This document shows, one piece after another, positions 55,539 to 64,000 of a DNA stretch of 64,000 nt (its first letter is position 1; each line of letters begins with the position of its first letter). The stretch is taken from NCBI GenBank assembly GCA_002763075.1, contig PFDB01000002.1, positions 62,286 through 126,285 on the forward strand, in the 5' to 3' direction. A program made the translations under genes and the position numbers. The notes under the pieces were generated by a model. The model worked only from the letters and a program-made list of their open reading frames with translations. It had not been told where the DNA came from and made no database searches. This DNA is from Candidatus Pacearchaeota archaeon CG10_big_fil_rev_8_21_14_0_10_34_76 (GTDB taxonomy: Archaea; Nanobdellota; Nanobdellia; Pacearchaeales; GW2011-AR1).

Positions 55539-56702
55539 TTAATTTAATGAGAGAGTCAGGTATCCTGACCAAGTATCTGCGTCTGTGTCATTCATCTCTT
55601 TTGAATGTACATAAAAATAATCTGTCTTGTTGATCTTTACAAATGAGGGATAGCCACAACAGTTTCTTGGATGATAATCTAAAATGGTTGGAGTGCTCCA
55701 TGCAAAAGAGTCATAGAATATTCTTTGAGCATCTCCATGAGAGAATTTGAGAGTTGAAGATTCTTGCCTGTCTCCGTATAGTGTGATAAATTTATTTGTT
55801 TCTTTGTCAAAATCTATCCAAGGTATTTTTGTGCCTGTTTCAAGTCCGAGATTTGTCTCCCTTGGCTTAGCCCAGGTCAACCCTCCATTGATGCTTGTTG
55901 TTTGTAAAACGTATCCTTTATTTTGATCATCATCTCTCAAAAGAGCTATTAGGTTGGTGTCTCCTATTTTAGTGACTGTTGGCTCTACAAATCCTTTCAT
56001 CCCTTTATAGATGATTGGGCCTTCTTTCCATTCTAGACCATTTGAAGAAACAAACATCCTTACAAAATGTTCTTTTCCGTTCCAGCCATAATAAGGCAGA
56101 TAATAAATCTTTTTATAATTCTTGTTTATTTCTACAATACCTCCATATGGGGATGAAAAATCAACAGTTTCATTAGAGAGGATCTTTTTATACTCGCTCC
56201 AAGATTGGCCGTTATCTTCAGAAAAGATATATCCCATGTCTTGAAATGTCGCGTCCCATGAAGACTCTAACCTAGTAAAAAATAAAAATGTCTTGTCTCC
56301 TATTTGTCCACCCCCTACATTCCTAGAGTCATATTCATCATCATAAACAATAGAATAATTAGTCCATGATCTACTTGGAAGATCATACTGCCAGCGTACA
56401 ATTCGGCCTTCGCCATTATAGACATGCCCTTTTCCTTCTCTTACATAATAAGAGAGTGAATCATTAGTTTCTCTGATTAGTAATCCGAATGCGTCATAGC
56501 TATCTGTATCTATCAATGGAGAGCTTTCTGGAGGAATAATCATTGATTTCTTGTCATCGCTAATTGATTCAAATGGATTATCTGCAATATCTGAAGATGA
56601 TTTGTTGTTGAACGTGAAAAAAAATCCTGAATTGAAAAGAATTGATATCAATAAAATCAATGTTATTGCTGAGATTACTAAGTTTTTTTTTAACTTATTC
56701 AT
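55539..56702 (-). CDS. Membrane-anchored sialidase/BNR-repeat protein
   Basis: N-terminal TM; Asp-boxes SEDNGQSW, SSNGLEW, SINGGLTW; GYPS. Confidence 0.8.
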   Translation of the reverse strand: MNKLKKNLVISAITLILLISILFNSGFFFTFNNKSSSDIADNPFESISDDKKSMIIPPESSPLIDTDSYDAFGLLIRETNDSLSYYVREGKGHVYNGEGRIVRWQYDLPSRSWTNYSIVYDDEYDSRNVGGGQIGDKTFLFFTRLESSWDATFQDMGYIFSEDNGQSWSEYKKILSNETVDFSSPYGGIVEINKNYKKIYYLPYYGWNGKEHFVRMFVSSNGLEWKEGPIIYKGMKGFVEPTVTKIGDTNLIALLRDDDQNKGYVLQTTSINGGLTWAKPRETNLGLETGTKIPWIDFDKETNKFITLYGDRQESSTLKFSHGDAQRIFYDSFAWSTPTILDYHPRNCCGYPSFVKINKTDYFYVHSKEMNDTDADTWSGYLTLSLN

Positions 56703-56704
56703 AG

Positions 56705-58378
56705 TTATTGTCTAATGATCTCGTATGCAAATGTGTCTTGGGATGCAGTTTTGAACTGGAATGCAATATCTCCGTAAGATATTCCTGGTTTAATGTCTTG
56801 GACATTGTTAACGAAGTCAATTGAACTGTTAGTAAGTGGAAGCTGCCAGCTTACCATCACTGGCTGGCCAGTTTGAGGGTGTCTTGCGTAATTAACTTTT
56901 GCCATCCATGGGGGATATGCTGGATCAAACATACTAATTATCAGGTATTTTATATCTGGATTGTCCTTGAGCATCTGGATGAACTCTTCGGGTGTTAACT
57001 CCGAAAGTGGCTTGTCAGCTCTCCAATCTGCTTCTATAGCTGTCCTTTCAGTATAATATGCTATTTGGGGTGTGGGGTATCCTAGGATAACATCGCTTTC
57101 AACAGATAATGAATTTACAGATAAGGAAACATCCTTGATTCCTTGGAAGGATGAGGCGCGATACTTAATTGATGAGTCTGCTTGCATCACTTGGGCATAT
57201 CCTCCATAACCTATTAACGCCAATATGAAAACAATGGCTAAGATCTTGCTATATTTTTTAATATGGTCTGAGATAAATAGTGTACTTCTTGAAATGCAAA
57301 CAATTGCTCCAAAGAGGAGGGGGAAATACCATCTTGCTTCTCCAAAGTCTCCTTGAGCTTGTTGATAAAATAAAAAATAAGAGAGAGTTACTAAGATAGT
57401 TATCAAGAAGAAAATGTCTGCCTTTAGATTTGGATTTTTGCTTTTCTTTATATATCCAAAAGATAAGACGATGCCTGCAATTATCAGAATGAGTCCTATC
57501 CAGAATAAATAAAGAAGGGGGCTTAGAACCGCATTAGAATTATTCATGAAAAATGCCTTGAAAACATTCAGAGGAAGGAGATTGAATGAAGATTCTGGAT
57601 TGCTATATTTTCCTGCTACTTGTGTTATAGGTGTTAAAAACACAAGAGATTCTATTACGAGAATCATGATGATCGCTAGGACAAGACCAATCCAATTATA
57701 TCTATCTTTTAGAAGATCATTCCATTTTCTTGTTGCAAGCATATAAACCAAGAAAAAGAATCCGAATACAAAATATCCTCTTCTTGTGCTATATGTCAGA
57801 ATTGTGAAAAATACTGTAAGAGGTATGGCCCACCTATAATTTATTTTTCCAAAAAGAGGTTTTTGTTTTTCATATCCTTGCCAGAAAACATAGATTGCTA
57901 TAAATCCAAGCAAGAGAGCCGGAATATCTACATGAAATCGCATTGAATTGAAGAGCACTTCCCAAATAATAGCCATGAGGAATGTATTTATCAATGCAAG
58001 CCTTTTATCTGTGTACATCGATCTAGAAATTATGTAGACTAATATCACCACTATGAAAGAGGGGATTATCCCGAGAAGGAATTTCATTATCTCCTCACTT
58101 AATCCTAGTTTGATAAGGATGGCTGCAAAAAAGGGATATATTGAATTATGCTGGGATGAAACTATCCAGGTTGTAGGAAGGCCTGCAAGATTCTTGGCAT
58201 AAGCCATATAATCTGCTTCATCCCACCAAAGTGGCTGGGAGTTTGTGATATCAAAATAGTAAAGACGAAGAACTAATGCAAGAAGGATAATCCCAATAAG
58301 AATGAGATTATTTCGATTTTTTAGCCATTTGACTAACCTCTCTTTTCTTTTTTCTGATATATCTGAAGATGAATTCAT
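56705..58378 (-). CDS. GT-C membrane glycosyltransferase (PMT/ArnT, GT39-like)
   Basis: LRLYY...PLWWDEADY, multiple TM, RWYFP. Confidence 0.82.
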   Translation of the reverse strand: MNSSSDISEKRKERLVKWLKNRNNLILIGIILLALVLRLYYFDITNSQPLWWDEADYMAYAKNLAGLPTTWIVSSQHNSIYPFFAAILIKLGLSEEIMKFLLGIIPSFIVVILVYIISRSMYTDKRLALINTFLMAIIWEVLFNSMRFHVDIPALLLGFIAIYVFWQGYEKQKPLFGKINYRWAIPLTVFFTILTYSTRRGYFVFGFFFLVYMLATRKWNDLLKDRYNWIGLVLAIIMILVIESLVFLTPITQVAGKYSNPESSFNLLPLNVFKAFFMNNSNAVLSPLLYLFWIGLILIIAGIVLSFGYIKKSKNPNLKADIFFLITILVTLSYFLFYQQAQGDFGEARWYFPLLFGAIVCISRSTLFISDHIKKYSKILAIVFILALIGYGGYAQVMQADSSIKYRASSFQGIKDVSLSVNSLSVESDVILGYPTPQIAYYTERTAIEADWRADKPLSELTPEEFIQMLKDNPDIKYLIISMFDPAYPPWMAKVNYARHPQTGQPVMVSWQLPLTNSSIDFVNNVQDIKPGISYGDIAFQFKTASQDTFAYEIIRQ

Positions 58379-58416
58379 TGTTTTTAATAGGTTTTTTGGG
58401 TTTTTATTTATGCCTA

Positions 58417-59394
58417 TTAAAGCTTGTTTATGACTTCATCTGCTGAAATACTATTTACTAGGCCCTCATCATATTGGTCCATCTTCTCTGGAAAAAAACT
58501 ATATAGCACAGGAGATATTATTTTATCTAGATAGCTATATCCTTCTACCTCATATGGAGAAGTGCAAAAGAATAATCCTATAGTCGGTTTCTTGAGGGCA
58601 ATAGAAACATGTAGGGAGAAACTATCTGAACATACCATCTTTTTACAGATGTTAACCAATGCTGCAAATTCCTTGTCTGTGTTATTTGGATTATTTTGAA
58701 AAATGGAAACATTTTCTTTTTTTAGTTCCGAGGTAAGTTTTTCATGCCTGTCTTTCTCATCAGGCCCTCCAAAAAGTAAGATGTCATAACCCCTTTGCTT
58801 AGCTTTGATTATAAACTCTTTAACCTTGTTCTCTGCCCAAGTTTTAGAAGGCCATCTTGAAGAAGCTCCAAGGTGTATTCCGATTAGGTTGTCTAAATTG
58901 ATATTGTTAGATTTTATGAACTCATTTGAGTATCCCAAATCTTTTTCTGACAGAAATATATCTGGCTCTTCCTTGTGATATGGTAGCTCTGCTGCTTCAA
59001 AAATCATCTCCTGATAAGTTTTTTTATTTTCTTTTTTAAGAGAATCGTCAAATAATGTGTTGAGATAATACTCTGCTCCGATATTTAAGGCTGCAGGATA
59101 TCCTCCTGATGAATAAAATCCATATTTTTTTGAGGATTGTATTTTTGAAACAATTGAGGTTGCTTCTTCATCCATATCAAAATTATACATTATGTCTGTT
59201 TGAAAGTTAGTTATTTCATGAGGTGAAATTAAATTATCTATATCTTTGTTTCCAATTAATATGGGTATAGAATTTTCTTTAGTTATCCAAGTTATGGTGG
59301 ATTCAGGATATTTATTTTTTATTGCTTTTAGCACTGGCAGAGTCCTCACTACATCTCCTTTCGCCCCCAGTTTGATTATTGTGATATTAACCAT
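58417..59394 (-). CDS. GT9 (heptosyltransferase-like) glycosyltransferase
   Basis: IIKLGAKGDVVRT, GASSRWPSKTW, SDSFSLHVSIAL. Confidence 0.88.
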   Translation of the reverse strand: MVNITIIKLGAKGDVVRTLPVLKAIKNKYPESTITWITKENSIPILIGNKDIDNLISPHEITNFQTDIMYNFDMDEEATSIVSKIQSSKKYGFYSSGGYPAALNIGAEYYLNTLFDDSLKKENKKTYQEMIFEAAELPYHKEEPDIFLSEKDLGYSNEFIKSNNINLDNLIGIHLGASSRWPSKTWAENKVKEFIIKAKQRGYDILLFGGPDEKDRHEKLTSELKKENVSIFQNNPNNTDKEFAALVNICKKMVCSDSFSLHVSIALKKPTIGLFFCTSPYEVEGYSYLDKIISPVLYSFFPEKMDQYDEGLVNSISADEVINKL

Positions 59395-59444
59395 ATCTAA
59401 GCAAAAAAGAATGATTTTTTAAACTTATTTAATGCAATAATTAT

Positions 59445-59861
59445 ATGAAAATATATCTTGCAGGGAAACTTGGTACTGAGAGCGAAAAAGAAAGATTATT
59501 GAAGATTGATTTATTGTGTAAATCCATTGGATTGGATACATTCCTGCCCCATAGGGATGTTGGAATATGCAGGGGGATAGATGATGTTGAACGTGTATTT
59601 CATGGAGACATAATTGAGGGCTTTAACGAGTGCGATTTAGTTATTGCTTCGTTAGATGGGTTAAATGTCGGATCTGGAACAGCTTGGGAACTAGGATATG
59701 CGTATGCAAAGGGAATACCTTCAATTGGACTTAAGATTGATGAACCTGTTGAAGAAGCCATAGAATACCTAAGTGCGATAGTGATTGGGTCTATGCCGAT
59801 TGTTAGATCCTTAGAAGAACTGAAAAATAAAATAATTGAGATTCTCAATCTAAAGGTTTAG
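59445..59861 (+). CDS. Nucleoside 2-deoxyribosyltransferase family protein
   Basis: IYLAG, FLPHRD, CDLVIASLDG, SGTAWELGYAYAKG. Confidence 0.88.
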   Translation: MKIYLAGKLGTESEKERLLKIDLLCKSIGLDTFLPHRDVGICRGIDDVERVFHGDIIEGFNECDLVIASLDGLNVGSGTAWELGYAYAKGIPSIGLKIDEPVEEAIEYLSAIVIGSMPIVRSLEELKNKIIEILNLKV

Positions 59862-60750
59862 TTGATGAGATTTCAGTCTCTCTCCAACCATCTCTATAAA
59901 CTGTTTTCATTTTTATTTCCTTAAATGCTTTAAAATAGAGATAAATTCTTGCAAAATAAGACTCTATAGTCCATATGACCTCGTTGAAACTTCTTGGATA
60001 AGTTAGTGCAAATAAAGCCCCCCATTTTATCTCATTGAATAATGATTTGGTTCTAGGCAGGTCTGGAGCTATTCTTTCTAAAGTTTCATGACCCTTTATG
60101 TTTCTAATTTTTTGGGAAAGCCAATCTTTCCAGTTATCTGGATTCTTAACATATACCTCTGCCTTTGGGATATATTTGATTTTATATCCCTTTTTCCAGA
60201 ATAAAAATGGAATTATGGAATCTTCTGAAGCCCCTAATGGAAAATCTAGAATAACTCCTTTTCTGATAGCAAATAAATATCCTGAACATTCGAAGAATTT
60301 TTCTTTATTTGATAGGTCTTTCCTTACTCTGTCTATGCCTGCAAAAAAAAGATGAGACCAGTATCCGTATTTTAATTTTCTTGAATCTATTGATACTGGC
60401 TTCCCAGTTACGCAGCCCACTTTTTTGTCATTGAATGCATTAAGTGTTTCTTTAATTGTGTTAGATGAAACGTAAACATCTCCATCGCTTAGAATGAAAA
60501 GATCATTTTGATCATTTGAAGCATATTCCTGAAAAAGAAGGTTTAATGCATAACTCTTTCCTTCTCCAGGGTCAAGAAAAAAGTTGAATCTTTTGTCTTT
60601 TATATTTTTTTTTAAAAATTTTTCCACATCTGGAAAGGGGTCTACTACTGTAACTCTAAAACTTTCATTAGATTTCTGGGAAAGAAAAGAATTTGCTGCC
60701 CTCAGTGTGGCTTTTGGCTCATTGTAAGAGGTTATTATGACATCTATCAT
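59845..60750 (-). CDS. GT2 glycosyltransferase
   Basis: VIITSYNE, GKSYALN, SDGD, ED, QKIR (QxxR-like). Confidence 0.85.
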   Translation of the reverse strand: MIDVIITSYNEPKATLRAANSFLSQKSNESFRVTVVDPFPDVEKFLKKNIKDKRFNFFLDPGEGKSYALNLLFQEYASNDQNDLFILSDGDVYVSSNTIKETLNAFNDKKVGCVTGKPVSIDSRKLKYGYWSHLFFAGIDRVRKDLSNKEKFFECSGYLFAIRKGVILDFPLGASEDSIIPFLFWKKGYKIKYIPKAEVYVKNPDNWKDWLSQKIRNIKGHETLERIAPDLPRTKSLFNEIKWGALFALTYPRSFNEVIWTIESYFARIYLYFKAFKEIKMKTVYRDGWRETEISSTKPLD

Positions 60751-60753
60751 TTT

Positions 60754-60951
60754 TTAAGTGCAGTTAAATGGGTAATCTGCGGGTCTAACTAATATTATTT
60801 TCTCCCCTGAAGATTTTTTTGTCTCAATCCTACATTTTTGAGTGCCTTGTTTGCCTATTTCAGAAAGTTCTATAGACTCTACAACTAATTCTTCTCCACC
60901 TATAAGTATTTTATCTCCTTTTTGAAGGTCTTTTGCTAGTTTTCCTTTCAT
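60754..60951 (-). CDS. aIF5A N-terminal-domain-only paralog (65 aa)
   Basis: ILIGGEELVVESIELSEIGKQGTQKCRIE aligns without gaps to ILIDGEAYTVKSNDISKSGKHGASKCRIE of the aIF5A at 5279; start moved to ATG 60951. Confidence 0.8.
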   Translation of the reverse strand: MKGKLAKDLQKGDKILIGGEELVVESIELSEIGKQGTQKCRIETKKSSGEKIILVRPADYPFNCT

Positions 60952-61002
60952 ATTAAAGGAGGGTAAATACAAGCTTATAAAGTTTATTAGCAATAAATTT
61001 AG

Positions 61003-61695
61003 ATGAAATGGGGGATAATACTCTGTTCAGGTGGCTTGGATAGTGTTGTAACCGCACATTATATTAAAAAAACTAAAAAATACGATAAGATTATAGTGCT
61101 TTTTTTTGATTATGGTCAGAAGTCTGTTCAGGCCGAAAGGAAATTTTCTAAACATTGTGCCTTAGATCTCTCTGCTGATTTTTATGAGATTGGGCTAAAA
61201 GAATTAGGCAAAATCTCTACCTCACTAATAAACAAGCCAGGGGATGTGAAAAAAATTAACAAAGAGGATCTTAAGAATACTCAAAGTGAAAGCGAGAAAT
61301 GGTATGTTCCTGCAAGAAACTTGATTTTTATTACATATGCCATTGCACTTGCTGAAAAGATTTTAATTGAAAAGAGAATTCAGTGCGATATCTTTTTGGG
61401 ATTTAAATCTGAAGGGAAGGAAGGATACCCTGATACCAGCAAAGATTTTGTTAAGGCTGTTAACAAGATTGGAGAAGTTGGATTTTCAGGAAAATTTAAG
61501 GTATTTGCTCCAATGATAAAAAAGGACAAGGAAGATATTGTTCTTCTTGGAAAGAAACTTGATGTTGATTTTAAAAAAACATTCAGTTGCTATATCGGGA
61601 GTAAGGAACATTGCGGAACTTGTTTAGCTTGCAGACTTAGGAAAGAAGGATTTTATTGGGCAAATATTGTAGATACTACAAAATATCTAGAATAG
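61003..61695 (+). CDS. queC: 7-cyano-7-deazaguanine synthase QueC
   Basis: SGGLDS PP-loop, FDYGQ, VPARNLIF, YPD, SCY...HCGTCLAC Zn site. Confidence 0.9.
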   Translation: MKWGIILCSGGLDSVVTAHYIKKTKKYDKIIVLFFDYGQKSVQAERKFSKHCALDLSADFYEIGLKELGKISTSLINKPGDVKKINKEDLKNTQSESEKWYVPARNLIFITYAIALAEKILIEKRIQCDIFLGFKSEGKEGYPDTSKDFVKAVNKIGEVGFSGKFKVFAPMIKKDKEDIVLLGKKLDVDFKKTFSCYIGSKEHCGTCLACRLRKEGFYWANIVDTTKYLE

Positions 61696-62817
61696 ACTCT
61701 CAAGTTTGTCTATTAGTTCGCCCCACTTATATTTTTCGGCAGTCTTTATAGCCTCTTTTTGAATTTTCTGAAGTTTTGATTTTGGAAGAGATATAATATT
61801 TGTTAGTTTGATTATCAAATCTTCTTTATCCCTATTCTTGAAAAGAAATCCATTTTTTCCGTCTGAAATTATATCTGAATTTCCCTTGTTATTACTAGCT
61901 ATGACTATTTTTCCCCTTGCCATTGCTTCAATAAGGGATTGGGGCATTCCCTCACTTAAAGATGGAAGAATAAAGAATGTGGAATTATCTAGCTCTTTTA
62001 TTTGTTCACTATGACTATATGTCCTATTCTTTAATATTACGTTATTAGCTATACCACTTAGTTCAATAATCTTTTTTAATTTTGCAAGATAAAGAGAATC
62101 TGCCGGTCCAAATATTGTAAACTTAAATGGAGTATCTAATTCAGAAAGAGACCTCAATGCAATCTCTAAGTTTTTTATTGGAGAGACTCTTCCTGTGTAG
62201 ATAATATGATTATTAAATTTCTTAGATTGTTTTGAAAAAAAAGAATCCTCTATTCCGTTAGGAATGTAAAAGATATTTTCTTTATCCACTCCTAGTTTTT
62301 TAAGGTATGGCATTTCCCAATTTGAAATAATTATAACCTTATCGAATTTTTTTAAAGACGGCTTTCCGATTAGTCTATCATAGATTTTTACAATGAAGTT
62401 CTCTCCTACATTTCTTGAGCTTGCGCGATCAAAAGGAGCATGAGTAACCAAAAAGCATTTTGCATTCAATCTTTTGGCTATTTTCAATGCACGAGTGGTA
62501 TGTAAATGCCTGTATGCGTGGGCGATTATCACATCTGGAGAGAATTTAATCGCTTCCTTCTCAAACTGCCACGACATAAAACTTTCTCCTCCGAGATTTT
62601 TTGCTGGAAATCTTTTTATTTTTACCCCTGAAATTTTATCCTCTAGGGGGCAGGTTTCATTTTTTCCCTTTATGAAGTTTGAAGAGAAGACCTGAACATT
62701 GTGCCCTCTTTTTGAAAGAATCTCTGACTCTCTAAGAACGCGTTTTCCAACTCCGCAACCTCCTGCAGTGAAGTTTGTTAATTCTAGTATCTTTAGGTTT
62801 TTTTTTGACTTCGCCAT
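61687..62817 (-). CDS. GT4 glycosyltransferase
   Basis: IPNGI, GRVSPIKN, SEGMPQSLIEAMA. Confidence 0.9.
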   Translation of the reverse strand: MAKSKKNLKILELTNFTAGGCGVGKRVLRESEILSKRGHNVQVFSSNFIKGKNETCPLEDKISGVKIKRFPAKNLGGESFMSWQFEKEAIKFSPDVIIAHAYRHLHTTRALKIAKRLNAKCFLVTHAPFDRASSRNVGENFIVKIYDRLIGKPSLKKFDKVIIISNWEMPYLKKLGVDKENIFYIPNGIEDSFFSKQSKKFNNHIIYTGRVSPIKNLEIALRSLSELDTPFKFTIFGPADSLYLAKLKKIIELSGIANNVILKNRTYSHSEQIKELDNSTFFILPSLSEGMPQSLIEAMARGKIVIASNNKGNSDIISDGKNGFLFKNRDKEDLIIKLTNIISLPKSKLQKIQKEAIKTAEKYKWGELIDKLESLF

Positions 62818-62846
62818 AGGAAGATGAAGTGAGGATGTATTAAAAA

Positions 62847-63740
62847 TTATCTGTAATTAATACCAAATAGATTATTTTTCAAAACTCCGATTAATATTCC
62901 TAGAACCCTTGTAAATGAAAATATTGCAAGATATCCAACGTCAATGGGATTTTTTGGAGAAAATCTTTTTTTTACTATTTTTTTTAAAAATAGATAAAAT
63001 GAAGCAGGAATGATTCCCAATATTCCTCCAACTAAAATTGGAATGAAAAGATGCTTTTTACTCAAAATAGGGTGGTGGACAAATAATGATGCTCCAATCC
63101 ATTTACTTTGGTGAAATACTTCCTTCAAGCTCTCAGGATTTTTGTGATAACAAATGGCCTTATCTGCTATATCTGGCTTTGCTCCAAATTTTATAAGAAA
63201 TGTTTGATCATCTGCATAGCCGTATTTTGGGTCAAATCCGCCCATTTTAAGAAATTCTTCTTTTATTATGGAACGGAATACAATGCCTTTCTTGTCCTTT
63301 CCAAACCTATCTTCTTTCACATATTGCCCCCAGCATCTGCTCCATATATTGTGCAAATTAGAAGATTTTTGGAATCTTTCTTCTGTGCCTATGCACTCTC
63401 CTTTTCTTACCGGAAGCGTGAGAAACTTTATATAATCCTTATCAAAAGTCATATCTGCATCTACAAAGACAAGGATATCTCCTTTTGCCTTGCTTGCTCC
63501 AAGATTTCTTGAAATTCCAGGACCCTTATGTAAACCATTAATTAATTTCACCGAACTAAATCTTTTCACAATATCTTTTGTTTTGTCCTTGGAACCGTCA
63601 TCCACAATTATAATTTCAATATTTTCATAAGTCTGATTGAGAAGTGTCTTTATACAATCCCCTATAACTTTTTCCTCATTGTACGCTGGAATAACTATGG
63701 AAATAAGGGGATTTGATTTTTGTTTTTTTATGGTCTTCAT
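62847..63740 (-). CDS. GT2 glycosyltransferase
   Basis: IVIPAYNEE, DDGSKD, RNLGA, FVDAD. Confidence 0.9.
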   Translation of the reverse strand: MKTIKKQKSNPLISIVIPAYNEEKVIGDCIKTLLNQTYENIEIIIVDDGSKDKTKDIVKRFSSVKLINGLHKGPGISRNLGASKAKGDILVFVDADMTFDKDYIKFLTLPVRKGECIGTEERFQKSSNLHNIWSRCWGQYVKEDRFGKDKKGIVFRSIIKEEFLKMGGFDPKYGYADDQTFLIKFGAKPDIADKAICYHKNPESLKEVFHQSKWIGASLFVHHPILSKKHLFIPILVGGILGIIPASFYLFLKKIVKKRFSPKNPIDVGYLAIFSFTRVLGILIGVLKNNLFGINYR

Positions 63741-64000
63741 TTTTGTAAGGACATTAAGTAATCTAAGTTCTTAATAAATCTCTTGTGAGAAAATGCACTG
63801 TCTACCTTACTTTCATTTAATTTTATAAAGTCCCAAGAGTGTGCATAAAAGACCGGTTCCTTGTAAAACCACCTTAGTTTGTATAGATAAATTCTAATTA
63901 GTGACTTAGGGAAGATTCTTACTGTTAAAGAAACAAATGGGATTATTAATGATGATGTCGGAATCTCAATTAGATTTTTTCTTATTTTATAAGGATTTAG
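63737..64000 (-). CDS. Polysaccharide deacetylase-like protein, C-terminal part (truncated by window edge)
   Basis: Manual translation ...LIEIPTS...RIFP...VFYAHSWDF...LQK*; stop overlaps next ATG. Confidence 0.6.
   Translation of the reverse strand, partial: LNPYKIRKNLIEIPTSSLIIPFVSLTVRIFPKSLIRIYLYKLRWFYKEPVFYAHSWDFIKLNESKVDSAFSHKRFIKNLDYLMSLQK

Overview
AT-rich archaeal chromosome segment. The archaeal-type ribosomal proteins, aIF5A, Spt5, AglB, the reduced gene content and the mostly leaderless genes point to a DPANN/Nanobdellota genome, most like Pacearchaeota (inference). 1-10 kb is housekeeping: sepF, pfdB, rpoP, rpl37ae, tRNA-Pro, rpl11, spt5, secE, ftsZ, slyD, aIF5A, rpl40e, a site-2 protease and rpl1-rpl10-rpl12. 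10.2-13.5 kb is a small accessory island at tRNA-Ser with att-like repeats, two RHH/PemK toxin-antitoxin pairs and an AlaE-like gene, flanked by two Nudix genes. 15.8-28.4 kb is the large ribosomal protein operon ending in secY, with no rnp1 and no adk at their usual positions. 30-64 kb is an AglB-centred N-glycosylation and nucleotide-sugar cluster. It is interrupted by a 5.64-kb IS903-like cargo transposon (43900-49540, terminal inverted repeats and a 9-bp target duplication visible) carrying a DUF2080/HTH/TGT-like TIM-barrel unit and an MTase/DUF262-HNH/Trypco2-like unit, and by a degenerate IS200. Top candidates for new biology are (i) a 65-aa aIF5A N-domain-only paralog with a GKQG loop next to QueC, a GT2 and a nucleoside deoxyribosyltransferase, and (ii) the cargo transposon, which sits directly beside a decayed copy of its own end. 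All family assignments come from motif recognition by eye; no database searches were run.
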